From Eledone cirrhosa (Eukaryota): 64,000 nt of DNA. The notes under the pieces were generated by a model. It searched no databases. It saw only the letters and a list, made by a program, of their open reading frames with translations, and was not told the DNA's origin. This document shows, piece after piece, positions 1-12,496 of the stretch; within the stretch, counting starts at the first letter, position 1; the number at the start of each line of letters is the position of its first letter. The position numbers were made by a program, and so were the translations under genes. The DNA lies in the NCBI GenBank assembly GCA_964016885.1, contig OZ024760.1:2356001-2420000 (forward strand), read 5' to 3'.

Positions 1-380
1 AGTTAAGATAGCCTGAGCGCTTCAGAGAGTAAAACCTTAAATAAACATTGAAAGTTCCTAAGAAACCTTTAAATTTGGAAATATCCAGTAATTTCCTCGA
101 AAAAGATTTTCTTTTCATGATACAGGGGCGCTGGCCAAATGTGTGATGGTGATGGTGATGGTGGTGGAGATGATGGTGGTGATGTTGATGGTGGTAGTGA
201 TGGTGATGGCGGTGGGGATGATGGTGGTAGTGATGTTGATGGTGGTAGTGATGGTGATTGTGGTGATATATATATTGTTATATTTGGGGAGGGTCATGTT
301 GTTATAATATTGCCAGAAATCTATAATAAAACACACTCACTGTTTGGTTTGGGTTGGTTTTTGCTTCCGTATATTTTAAT

Positions 381-600
381 GAAGGCACATGGCTGAGTGG
401 TTAGAGAATGGGATTCACAATCGTGAGGTTGTGAGTTCGATTCCTTGACCGGGTGATGTGTTATGTCCTTCAGCAAGGCACTTTATTTCCCATTGCTCTT
501 TCTACCTGGAGTTGCAACCAATAGATAGTATTAGCAATTGGAAAGACCAATGGAAACAGTTTGCTCAGTCCGATTTGACGAAAGTCGATCAACTGTCGAT
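381..600 (+). mobile_element. tRNA-derived SINE, family B (Meta/MESC-like central domain)
   Basis: A box TGGCTGAGTGG (~390), B box GTTCGATTCC (~435), then GTGTTATGTCCTTCAGCAAGGCACTTTATTTC. Related copies at ~7757, ~47510, ~58932 and ~63570. Confidence 0.75.
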
Positions 601-947
601 ATTTCATGTCCCTATATTTAATTTAGCTGGTAATCAATGTTTATCATATATTTCTGGCAATATTATAACAATATGACCCTCCCCAAATATAACAATATTT
701 GTTTCAACACATGATTTCATATGAAAAACCTTGCAAAACAAATAAACAGAAAAGGTTAACATATATATTTATCTAAAATCTGTCCATTATAATTTTATAT
801 AAGGACCACTGTTAAGTTATGTTCCAAACACCAGCTTAATAATGAGAAAGTTAGTTATATTACTAAATTAATTGAAAATTATCTGGCATTAAATATATAA
901 CAATGAAATAGTTAAATTGTTTATATTTATCTAAATACATTCCATCA

Positions 948-1166
948 TAGCATTTAAACCAGCCATATCTGCCCAGAATTCTCTCACCTCTTTCTGTTCA
1001 AACAGTCTGTAACCAGCCACTCATACTGATGTCAAGGTATTGTTCTCAAAATAAATAATATCAAAATCTCATAGATTCGATACTATATGAGATAATTATG
1101 TGAGGTAAACCCTTTACTGTGAAAATATAATAGTAAATATAAAGTAATCTAAATGATAATGGGTTA
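948..1166 (+). mobile_element. piggyBac-like MITE, partial
   Basis: TAGCATTTAAACC start and ...GGGTTAA end; same body as the copies at 26545 and 54838. Confidence 0.55.
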
Positions 1167-1659
1167 AGTTATATTCCAAACTCCAAAGAAATTTAGTTAC
1201 ATTTCTAAATTCTTCCAAATTCTTAATTATTTTCATTAGAAATATGATAAAAGTCATTTTAACATAATTTTATGAAAGAACCTTTGTTAAGTTATGTTCC
1301 AAACAGCAGCTTAATAATGATCAAGTTCAGTATATTACTAAAAATTACCACATTCTCGATTATTTCCAAGAAATGAAGCTTGCATGCGCCGATGGATGTG
1401 TAATAGTAATGTGCAAGAACGGCGAAGCATAAATGAATTGAGAGACTAAGCATAAGAGGTACCAAATGTTGTATTCTGGAGGGAGATTGCATTGATATGG
1501 GCATGTGATGCATATGAAGGACAACAGCTGTATAAAAAAAGTACAGACCAATGAAAATTGATGGAAGCTACGGCTTGGGTAGACCCCAAAAAACCCGGGA
1601 CGAGGTGATAAAAACTGACTTTGCTCACTTACACCTCTCTCAGACAATGTCACTGGATC

Positions 1660-2045
1660 GAGATCTTTGGCACCATACAGTTGTTCAGAAGACCCGCCTT
1701 TCCTTGCATACAAACTTACAGTCAGTAGGCACCTCTTAACCCAATATACACCCCACCCCACACACCCTACCCCGTCCACTGTGTCGGTGTCACAACAAAA
1801 AACACCCAGTCCACACTGTAAAGTGGTCGTGTAGGAGACACAGTAAAAAGGCTCCCAGTCCCCACTGTAAATGTGGTTGGTGTTAGGAAGGGCATCCAGC
1901 CATAGAAAACCTGCCAGAGACACTTTCGTACGAGCGAGACACGGTCCTCCCAACCAATCCCGCATCAAATGGAACAAAACCGTCTAACCCATGCTAGCGT
2001 GGAAGATGGACGTTAAACGATGATGATGATGATGATGGTGATGAT
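1660..2045 (+). mobile_element. RTE-tailed SINE or RTE 3' end, family C, (GAT)n tail
   Basis: GTGGTTGGTGTTAGGAAGGGCATCCAGC...AACCCATGCTAGCGTGGAAGATGGACGTTAAACGATGATG. Repeated at ~11640, ~19670, ~37020, ~45285(-), ~50515(-) and ~57430. Confidence 0.7.
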
Positions 2046-2635
2046 TAATTGAAACCACACAAGCAATGCTTTTCTGTAAAAATATAGTAAAGAATAGATT
2101 AATTACGAAATACAAGCCTACTATTAAATTAATAATTTTTTTATTTCTAGCTGGATGATCTCCCTTGAGATAACTATCCAAGTATGGAAGTGCATGCATG
2201 AAAGGAATCTCTTCACAGTCAAGTAACTTGTTCAATGAAGCACGGAGATCTCTTTCAACAAACTTCCTACTGACTTTAAAACAATGAAGACCTGATTTAT
2301 ACTTTATCCAAGAGGAGCTTTATATCTTTTATCAGCTTAACGCCACAAAGTTGCTCCTAAAGCAATGAACCTTGAAAGATCAATGGGGTGGAGCAGGGGA
2401 TGGGGCGGGGATGGAGTAGTGGTGGTGGTGGTGGGAGGTGTGAGGTGGGAAGGGGAAAAGATATCTCTCTTAATATAATTTACGGTGTGTTTTGTCACTT
2501 CATATGTCTACTATGGAATAATAAAGGAAGGTTAGCTTGATGAACTTATTAAGATGGACATTGTCAGAGATAATTCACATGGCAATTCTTGAACTATATG
2601 TGTTTGTGTGTGTACATACATATATATATATAATA

Positions 2636-2884
2636 TAATGTATAATAAACAATACAATATAATTACCTCATTACCAGAGGTTTCCCGAATAAGACGAATA
2701 CAAAAAACCTCCTCATCCGATGAACGAATGAGGACGTTTTTTGTATTCATCTTATTCGGGAAACCTCTGGTAATGAGGTAATTATATTGTATTGTTTATT
2801 ATACATTAAATTTAGCTCTGGTGCCTACATAGAGCACTCTTCGCTCGTATGACTTTTTCAATTTTCAACGGAAACTTCAATACC
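2636..2884 (+). mobile_element. Fold-back PLE-like element in (TA)n with hammerhead-like motif
   Basis: Inverted arms 2636-2719 and 2725-2808, then a unique tail, with (TA)n on both sides. Motif CCTCAT-CCGATGA...GAAA-CCTCTGG-TA-ATGAGG. Related to 63286-63552. Confidence 0.65.
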
Positions 2885-2911
<27 letters not shown>

Positions 2912-2915
<4 letters not shown>

Positions 2916-3197
2916 AAAGAGATGAAATCGAAAATGCAACTGGAGTCTTATTTTTTTTTTAAATATATATATTTATTTGGTTCCTTTACAGATGTGAGAA
3001 AAACCACAGACCCTCCATCTCAACTCTACTTTTGAAAAGCAGAAGAACTGCGAAACCGGTAAAGGAACCAAATAAATATATATATTTAAAAAAAAAATAA
3101 GACTCCAGTTGCATTTTCGATTTCATCTCTTTTTCTTTATACTTTCACTCATGTAGGACACATCGGTTATTTTTCAATTTGTAAAAAAAAACCTCAC

Positions 3198-3203
<6 letters not shown>
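2912..3203 (+). mobile_element. Fold-back PLE-like element in (TA)n
   Basis: Inverted arms 2912-2989 and 3059-3136, then a tail, with (TA)n flanks. Other copies at 10521-10625 (tail only) and 45026-45260 (-). Confidence 0.7.
3029..3064 (+). ncRNA. Minimal type I hammerhead ribozyme, U3-A8 variant
   Basis: CTT-TTGAAAA-GCAG aagaa CTGC-GAAA-CCGG-TA-AAG. Stem I CTT/AAG, stem II GCAG/CTGC, palindromic stem III ACCGGT, GUA cleavage triplet. Confidence 0.65.
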
Positions 3204-3251
<48 letters not shown>

Positions 3252-3666
3252 ATATATATCATCATCATCATCATCATTTAATGTCTATTTTCCATGCTAA
3301 GGTATGAATGAGAACTGTCTACAGCTTTCACAACACATTTTACCGACCAGAAATTCTTATTTTTAATTCTTCAGTAAAGAATGAGTTCTTATCGGAAGAT
3401 GGCTGCATATAAAGTCTCAGGCTTTCTTGTTTAAACCTATTGTTGGAAATGTAGTCATACACACATACACATATATATATACACACATACACACAAGCAC
3501 ACATACACATATATATATACACGCATACACACAAGCACACATATACATATATATATACGCATACACACATGTACATATATATATATATATACACATACAT
3601 ATATGTACGTACACACACTCATATATATATCTATGTATATATATATATATACACATATACACATGT

Positions 3667-3699
<33 letters not shown>

Positions 3700-4259
3700 C
3701 ATACACACAGGTACACATATACACATATTCACACCCATACACAATCACATTTATACCTGTGCAAAAAGACACACAATTGCATACAAGTCATACAGACACA
3801 TATACATATAGACACACTATTGGAAACACACACATACACACATATAGACACAACATTGGAAACACATACACACATACACAAATACACACATACACACATA
3901 CACACAAACACACACGTGTATATAGACACACCATTGGAAACACACACATGGTGCATATAGAGACACACACACACACACACAAAGACGTGCATATAAACAC
4001 ATACACACAGACGTGCATATAAACACACACACACAGACATGCATTTAAGCACACAAGCGCGTGCGGACGTGCATATAAACACACATCCACACACAGACAT
4101 GCATTTAAGCACACACACATACACACACAGACGTGCATATAAAGACACACACATATATTATTGTACACAGACACGCAATAGGATAAAAGATTCTTCGTTA
4201 AGCTGTTTGTCTGTTGAACAATTATCATAATCACATATTCAAATAGATTGTCTCTATAT

Positions 4260-4522
4260 TGTGGTGGTTGTTGTTGTTGTTGTGGTGGTGGTGGTGGTGG
4301 TGGTGGTGGTGGTGGTGGTGGTGGTGGTGGTGGTTGTGGTGGTGGTTGTTGTGGTGGTGGTTGTGGTTGTTGTTGTGGTGGTTGTTGTGGTGGCGGTTGT
4401 TGTGGTTGTTGTGGTGGTGGTGGTGGTGGTGGTTGTTGTTGTTGTTGTGGTGGTGGTGGCTGTTATGGTGGTGGTGGTGGTTGTTGTGGTTGTGGTGGTG
4501 GTGGTTGTGGTGGTGGTGGTGG

Positions 4523-4553
<31 letters not shown>

Positions 4554-6200
4554 GGTGGTGGTGGTGGTTGTTGTTGTTGTTGTGGTTGTTGTGGTGGTGG
4601 TTGTGGTGGTGGTGGTTGTGGTGGTGGTTGTTGTTGTTGTTGTGGTGGTGGTGGTGATTGTGGTGGTGGTTGTTGTGGTGGTTGTTGTGGTGATGGTGGT
4701 TGTTGTTGTTGTTGTGGTGGTTGTTGTGGTTGTGGTGGTTGTTGTTGTTGTGGTTGTTGTGGTGGTGGTGGTTGTTGTTGTGGTGGTTGTTGTGGTGGTT
4801 GTTGTGGTTGTTGTTGTTGTTGTTGTTGTTGTGGTGGTTGTTGTGGTTGTTGTGGTGGTGATTGTTGTTGAGGTGGTGGTGGTTGTGGTTGTTGTTGTGG
4901 TGGTGATTGTTGTGGTGGTGGTTGTGGTTGTTGTGGTGGTGGTTGTTGTTGTTGTGGTGGTTGTTGTGGTGGTTGTTGTGGTGGTTGTTGTGGTGGTTGT
5001 TGTGGTGGTTGTGGTGGTGGTTGTTGTTGAGGTGGTGGTTGTGGTGGTGCTGTGGTGGTGGTGGTTGTTGTGGTGGTGGTTGTGGTTGTTGTTGTTGAGG
5101 TGGTGGTGATGGTTGTGGTTGTTGTCGTGGTGGTGGTGGTGATGGTTGTTGTTGTGGTGGTAGTGGTTGTTGTTGTTGTTGTGGTGGTGGTGGTGGTGGT
5201 GGTGGTTGTTGTTGTTGTGGTGGTGGCTGTTGTGGTGGTGGTTGTGGTTGTTGTTGTTGAGGTGGTGGTTGTGGTTGTTGTTGTGGTGGTGGTTGTGGTG
5301 ATGGTTGTTGTGGTGGTGGTGGTGGTGGTGGTGGTTGTTGTTGTTGTGGTGGTGGTGGTGGTGGTTGTGGTGGTGGTTGTGGTTGTTGTTGTTGTGGTGG
5401 TGGTGGTTGTTGTGGTGGTGGTGGTTGTTGTGGAGGTGGTGGTGGTTGTTGTTGTGGTGGTGGTGGGGTTGTTGTGGTGGTGGCGGTTGTTGTTGTTGTT
5501 GTTGTGGTTGTTGTTGTGGTTGTTGTTGTGGTGGTGGTGGTGGTTGTTGTGGTGGTGGTGGTGGTTGTTGCTGTTGTGGTTATAGTTGTTGTTGTGGTGG
5601 TAGTGTCGGTTGTTGCTGTTGTTGTGGTGGTAGTGCCTTTTGTGGTTGTTGCTGTTGTGGTTGTGGTGGTGGTAGTTGGGGGTTGTTGTTGTTGTGCTTG
5701 TTATTGTTGTTGTTGTGGTGGTGGTGGTTGTTGTTGTTTGTTGTTGTTGTTGGTTGTTGCTGTTGTGGTTGTGGTGGTGGTAGTTGGGGGTTGTTGTTGT
5801 GCTTGTTATTGTTGTTGTTGGTTGTTGTGGTGGCGGTGGTTGTTGTTGTTTGTTGTTGTTGTTGGTTGTTGCTGTTGTGGTTGTGGTGGTGGTAGTTGGG
5901 GGTTGTTGTTGTTGTTGTGCTTGTTATTGTTGTTGTTGGTTGTTGTGGTGGCGGTGGTTGTTGTTATTTGTTGCTGCTGTTGTTGCGGTTGTTGTTTTGG
6001 CACTTCTTGTTCTTATGGTTGTGATTGTTATGGTTGTTGTTCTGGTTGTGATTGATATTGTTGATGTTACTGTGATTGTTGTTATGGTTGTGATTGTTGT
6101 TATGGTTGTGATTGTTATGGTTGTTGCTGTGGTTGCTGTTATTGTTACAGTAGTTTCTGTTTTTGTTTCTCTTTGTAGTTGTTATTGTTGTTGTTGCGAT
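4260..6200. repeat. (GGT/GTT)n trinucleotide low-complexity tract
   Basis: Read directly; the poly-V/G/C/W ORFs are artefacts. Confidence 0.95.
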
Positions 6201-7756
6201 TGTCATTTTCCAAGGATGCTGGAAGGTAAAACTATGCCTAATTATATATATTTATTGGAATGGTATTTGGCAAGGGTGTTAATCTGAGATAGTCTGAGGA
6301 ATCGAAAACAATTACATCATGGAAGAGTCATAATAGTTATTTAACCCTTTACTTCCAAACCTGGCCAAAACCGGCTCTGATCCTATGAAACAAAACCAAC
6401 CATTTTTAAAGTTTCCAATTAAAATTAAAATCTTCCAATATAATTTTATATAAGAACCGTACATTAAGTTACTATCTTACCATCCTGGCCAAAACCAGCT
6501 CTGGTTCTATGAAATAAAATCATCCATTTTAAAGATTTTCAATTTAAATTCAACATAATTTTATATAAAAACTTTACATTAACCCTTTAGCATTTAAACT
6601 GGACATATCCAGCCAGAATTCTCTCACCTTTTTCTGTTCAAACTTGCTCTAACCAGCTGCTCATATATAAGAACATTAAGTTACTATCTTACCAGCCTGG
6701 CCAAAAACAGCTCTGGTTCTATGAAACAAAACCATCCATTTAAAAGGTTTCTAATTTAAATTAAAATCTTCCAGCATAATTTTATATAAGACCCTTACAT
6801 TAAATAACTATCTTACCATCTGGCCAAATCCAGCTTTGGTTCTATGAAATAAAATCATCCATTTTAAAGATTTTCAATTTAAATTAAGGACTTCCAACAT
6901 AATTTTATATAAGAACCTTACATTGAGTTATCTTAGTAATGAAATAATTATAATGATTTTAGTAAATCCCTCAAAATTCTTCATCAATTAATTGAAATAG
7001 AAATGTTTATAGGCATTTTTATGGACCATGCCCAATATTTGCAGTTTTTCACTCTTCACAGGTGCTCTAGGGACGTGACCCCCTCGAATACCAGGGGGAC
7101 AACTATATTACAATTGTAAGCTTAATGCTGTAACCACTAAGCCATGCGTCTACTACACAATATATAATATACAATATATTTTATTACATTACGTTACACT
7201 GCATTAAGAAAACTATGATTTCCATAGAAAGGATCAATCCATCAATAACTATAATCTTACAATAAACATATCAGAAATCAATATCAGATGGGATTGGTGA
7301 CATGCTTTGAAGAGGAATAGAGTTATGAAAGAATCAGTGGAGGAACGGGGTTTGTGACAAGCAAGAGCAGGATAAGGTAGTAGGGTGGGTTAGTAGGACG
7401 TAATAAATATCTTATGTAAAAACTATTGAAATACGCTACATGTGTTTACATCTAGATAATAACAGCATTAACCCTTTAGCATTTAAACTGGCCATATCCG
7501 GCCAGAATTCTCTCACCTATTTCTGTTTAAACTGGCTGTAACCAGATGTAACTGGCCACTTATACTGATGTTAAGGTAATGTTCTCAAAATAAATAATAT
7601 CAAAATCTCATAGATTCGATATTATGTGAGATAAAGTGTAGTGTAATATAGTATAGTGTAGTGTAGTGTAGTATAGTGTAGTGTAGTATTATGTAGTATA
7701 GTATAAGGTAATGTAATGTAGTAATGTAGTATAGTAAAGTGTGGTGTATTGTAGTG

Positions 7757-8010
7757 TGGAGGTATTTGGCCTAGTGGTAAGGGTGTTCAATTCCTGGATT
7801 GTGTGTTGTGTTCTTGAGCAAAACACTTCATTTCACATTGCTCCAGTATACTCAGCTGAAAATGAGTACCAGCAATAGTTGGGGGTTTAACCCTGTGATG
7901 GACTGGCCTCCTGTCCAGGGGAAGTCTTGTACTCTCAGTCACTTCACGCCATGAAACCGGTATAAGCACCGGCCAAATGACCCTTCTGGCTTAAGACAGA
8001 CTTTAGACTT
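7757..8010 (+). mobile_element. tRNA-derived SINE, family B variant
   Basis: A box TGGCCTAGTGG, B-box-like GTTCAATTCC, then TGTGTTCTTGAGCAAAACACTTCATTTCACATTGCTCCAG, and a (GACTTTA)-type tail. Confidence 0.6.
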
Positions 8011-8011
8011 T

Positions 8012-10067
8012 TTAGTGTAGTATAATGTAGTATAGTGCAGTATAGTGTAGTACAGTATAGTGCAGTATAGTGTAGTACAGTATAGGGCAGTATAGTGTAG
8101 TACAGTATAGTGCAGTATAGTATAGTACAGTATAGTGCAGTATAGTGTAGTACAGTATAGTGCAGTATAGTATAGTACAGTATAGTGCAGTATAGTATAG
8201 TACAGTATAGTGCAGTATAGTGTAGTACAGTATAGTGCAGTATAGTGTAGTACAGTATAGTGCAGTATAGTATAGTATAGTACAGTATAGTGCAGTATAG
8301 TGTAGTACAGTATAGTGCAGTATAGTATAGTACAGTATAGTGCAGTATAGTATAGTACAGTATAGTGCAGTATAGTATAGTACAGTATAGTGCAGTATAG
8401 TGTAGTATAGTGTAGTACAGTATAGTGCAGTATAGTATAGTACAGTATAGTGCAGTATAATATAGAACAGTATAGTGCAGTATAGTGTAGTACAGTATAG
8501 TGCAGTATAGTGTAGTACAGTATAGTGCAGTATAGTGTAGTACAGTATAGTGCAGTATAGTGTAGTACAGTATAGTGCAGTATAGTGTAGTACAGTATAG
8601 TGCAGTATAGTATAGTACAGTATAGTGCAGTATAGTGTAGTACAGTATAGTGCAGTATAGTGTAGTACAGTATAGTGCAGTATAGTATAGTACAGTATAG
8701 TGCAGTATAGTGTAGTACAGTATAGTGCAGTATAGTGTAGTACAGTATAGTGCAGTATAGTATAGTACAGTATAGTGCAGTATAGTGTAGTACAGTATAG
8801 TGCAGTATAGTGTAGTACAGTATAGTGCAGTATAGTATAGTACAGTATAGTGCAGTATAGTATAGTACAGTATAGTGCAGTATAGTGTAGTAGAGTATAG
8901 TGCAGTATAGTGTAGTACAGTATAGTGCAGTATAGTATAGTACAGTATAGTGCAGTATAGTGTAGTACAGTATAGTGCAGTATAGTGTAGTACAGTATAG
9001 TGCAGTATAGTGTAGTACAGTATAGTGCAGTATAGTGTAGTACAGTATAGTGCAGTATAGTGTAGTACAGTATAGTGCAGTATAGTATAGTACAGTATAG
9101 TGCAGTATAGTGTAGTAGAGTATAGTGCAGTATAGTGTAGTACAGTATAGTGCAGTATAGTATAGTACAGTATAGTGCAGTATAGTGTAGTACAGTATAG
9201 TGCAGTATAGTGTAGTACAGTATAGTGCAGTATAGTATAGTACAGTATAGTGCAGTATAGTATAGTACAGTATAGTGCAGTATAGTATAGTACAGTATAG
9301 TGCAGTATAGTATAGTACAGTATAGTGCAGTATAGTGTAGTACAGTATAGTGCAGTATAGTATAGTACAGTATAGTGCAGTATATTGTAGTACAGTATAG
9401 TGCAGTATAGTATAGTGCAGTATAGTGTAGTACAGTATAGTACAGTATAGTGCAGTATATTGTAGTACAGTATAGTGCAGTATAGTATAGAAGAGTATAG
9501 TGTAGTACAGTATAGTACAGTATAGTGCAGTATAATATAGAACAGTATAGTGCAGTATAGTATAGTACAGTATAGTGCAGTATAGTGTAGTACAGTATAG
9601 TGCAGTATAGTATAGTACAGTATAGTGCAGTATAGTATAGTACAGTATAGTGCAGTATAGTGTAGTACAGTATAGTACAGTATAGTGCAGTATAATATAG
9701 AACAGTATCGTGCAGTATAGTATAGTACAGTATAGTGCAGTATAGTATAGTACAGTATAGTGCAGTATAGTATAGTACAGTATAGTGCAGTATAGTGTAG
9801 TACAGTATAGTGCAGTATAGTGTAGTACAGTATAGTGCAGTATAGTGTAGTACAGTATAGTGCAGTATAGTATAGTACAGTATAGTGCAGTATAGTATAG
9901 TACAGTATAGTGCAGTATAGTGTAGTACAGTATAATGCAGTATAATATAGTACAGTATAGTGCAGTATAGTATAGTACAGTATAGTGCAGTATAGTGTAG
10001 CACAGTATAGTGCAGTGTAGTATATTATAGTACAGTATAATATAGTGCAGTGTAGTATAGTATAGTG
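8012..10067. repeat. Pentamer satellite with a 25-bp higher-order unit (TATAG-TGCAG-TATAG-TRTAG-TACAG)
   Basis: Read directly; about 2 kb. Confidence 0.95.
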
Positions 10068-10093
10068 CTGATTAATCCCAGGTCAGCCATATT

Positions 10094-10125
<32 letters not shown>

Positions 10126-10459
10126 CAAAGATATTCCAACTGTGAATATGCCAATATTTTAATTTCCATACTCAACAAATCGGAGAGAATCAGAGACTTG
10201 TAGAATGGGTAACCAAGCATTGTTTGGTGATAAAAGAGACATAGATTGAAAAGTTTGAGCTGAATAGAACAAATATGGATGTTTTTATTATATAATAAAA
10301 AAGAAATTTTATTATTTGCCACAAAGGTGATGTGCTACAATACTTCAGAATTTATCCAAATTTTGTGTATTTCAACTCACCCCTCAAACTGCTAACTTTG
10401 AATATAAAATGTTTTATGAATTTCACTATACACACTCACACACACACTCACTCACACAG

Positions 10460-10520
<61 letters not shown>

Positions 10521-10523
<3 letters not shown>

Positions 10524-10625
10524 ACTCCAGTTGCATTTTAGATTTCATCTTTTTTCCTTATACATTCACTTGTGTAGGACATCTCGTTTTTTTTTCATTT
10601 AAAAAAAATACCTCATTTTCTTATA
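10521..10625 (+). mobile_element. 3' tail fragment of the 2912-3203 family in (TA)n
   Basis: AAGACTCCAGTTGCATTTT...TGTAGGACATC...CCTCATTTTCT matches 3099-3203. Confidence 0.7.
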
Positions 10626-10882
10626 AATATATATATATACATATATAAATATATATATATACATATATAAATATATATATATACATATATAAAAATATAT
10701 ATATACATATATAAATATATATATATACATATATAAATATATATATATACATATATAAATATATATATATACATATATAAAAATATATATATATACATAT
10801 GTAAAAAAAAAATATATATATATATATATCATCATCATCATCATCATCGTTTAATGTCTATCTTCCATGGTAGCATGGGTTA

Positions 10883-10954
<72 letters not shown>

Positions 10955-11089
10955 TAAATATATCCCATATAAGCAAGACATGGTCAGCCAACTGGACACT
11001 GCCCACAACTGGACAACCCATCTAACCCATGCTAGCGTGGAAGAACGGATGTAAAACGGTGATGATGATGATATATATATATATATAAA

Positions 11090-11595
11090 TTTTGAGTATG
11101 TGTTGGTTGATTACCAACACCTAAGTATGCAGGTTGGAGCACTCAACGTAGGGTACAGGCTGGTTTGTTCACTCCGGAGTAATGTCAAATAATTGTTTCT
11201 ACTATTGGCACAAGGCCAGCAATTATCCCAGTACATTACTGGTACTTTATTTTATCGACCCTGTAAGGATGAAAGGCAAAGTTAACCTCGGCGGGATTTG
11301 ATCTCAGAATGGCAAGGGCCGTAACTCTATGCGTCAGAGCATGGCGTCCGACCCTCTACCGATACTGCCAATCCACCGATGTAAAATAATAAGTGTAAGT
11401 CAAACATATTAAAGTTGGCTTCGTGTATTGGCTGTGACCTCATCAGGCAGTAAGAATTAAGGCAGAACAAACAGGAAAACATGATGATGTAATGTGTTCT
11501 ACCCTGTTAATACATCGATATGTCCAGCTCCTGGGTCTGTTGTTAGTCCTCAAAGGAACTGGAATCATATGTTTCCAGTTCCGTTGAGGACTAAA
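11090..11595 (-). mobile_element. (TA)n-associated PLE-like element with terminal hairpin, interrupted by a SINE
   Basis: Hairpin TTAGTCCTCAA...TTGAGGACTAA at 11543-11595. The two halves join into the sequence seen uninterrupted at ~47710-47850; another 3' fragment lies at 17545-17650. Confidence 0.55.
11187..11378 (-). mobile_element. tRNA-derived SINE, family A (Nin/Deu-like domain)
   Basis: Reverse complement of GGATTGGCAGTATCGGTAGAGGGTCGG...CTTTGCCTTTCATCCTTAC...GTCGATAAAATAAAGTACCAG. Flanked by an imperfect ATGTMAAATAA duplication. Confidence 0.75.
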
Positions 11596-11635
<40 letters not shown>

Positions 11636-11639
11636 GAAC

Positions 11640-12190
11640 CGAGATCTTTGGCGGTACTCAGTAATAGAGAAGACCCGCCTTGCCTAAATACAAAGTAAAC
11701 CTACTACAGTCAGTAGGCATCTCTAACAAAATACGTCCCAGTCACTCCACCCCACCCCATCCACACCACCCCCACCCCATCCACACCGCCCCTTTCAATG
11801 TAAAGTTATGTTGGTGCCACAACATCGAGGCCGAAACAAATGAGGTCGTGTAGGTGTCACGACAAAAAAACACAGTTCACGCTGTAATGTGGCCATGTAG
11901 GTAACACGGTAAAAACCTCCCAGTCCACACTGTAAATGTGGTTGGTGTTAGGAAGGGCATCCAACTGTAGAAAACCCGCCAGACAGTCCTATGCGAGCAA
12001 GACAACCACTCTTGCCTCAAGTGGGGAAACTCCCGTCCAAACCCATGCAAGCGTGGAACGGGAGTTTGCCTACTTGAGGCAAGAGTACGAGTGAGAAATG
12101 GTCTATCGACCACTTCCGCATGAAATGGAACAATACCGTCTAACCCATAGCATGGAAGATGGATGTTAAATGATGATGAGGATGATGATG
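11640..12190 (+). mobile_element. RTE-tailed SINE or RTE 3' end, family C
   Basis: Same motifs as 1660-2045, with a (GAT)n tail. Confidence 0.7.
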
Positions 12191-12221
<31 letters not shown>

Positions 12222-12265
12222 ATATATCTATATATGTATATATATATATTATGTATATATATATA

Positions 12266-12335
12266 TTTATTATGGTTAAATAATGAGTCTTGTTATTCTA
12301 GAGTTTCACCTGCTTGCTCGCAGGCTCAGAACTAT
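12266..12335 (-). ncRNA. 5'-truncated hammerhead remnant in (TA)n
   Basis: Minus strand reads TGA-GCCTGC gagcaa GCAGGT-GAAA-CTCTAGA-ATA. Stem II is intact, stem III is near-palindromic, and the core is incomplete. Confidence 0.45.
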
Positions 12336-12362
12336 ATATATATATTTGAGAGAAATGTTCGA

Positions 12363-12418
<56 letters not shown>

Positions 12419-12496
12419 ATGTTTTGAGAGATAAACTTTACATTTTATAGTACACACCTGCACACATATATATGCGTATATATATATGCCACAGTA

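Noticed and set aside
381-460. tRNA gene
   Set aside because: A and B boxes are present but there is no acceptor stem, and the sequence continues into a SINE body repeated elsewhere.
2636-3203. Hairpins as MITEs, miRNA precursors or terminators
   Set aside because: The inverted arms are not terminal (a conserved one-sided tail follows), the apex varies among copies, and hammerhead motifs are present.
3340-6287. Many long ORFs (YIYI, HTHT, poly-V/G/C/W)
   Set aside because: They are translations of dinucleotide and trinucleotide microsatellites. The same applies to 13787-19336, 21325-22443, 28679-29838, 34012-35794, 44286-44670, 47877-48479 and 60610-61162.
8012-10003. 663-aa ORF
   Set aside because: Stop-free strand of a pentamer satellite.
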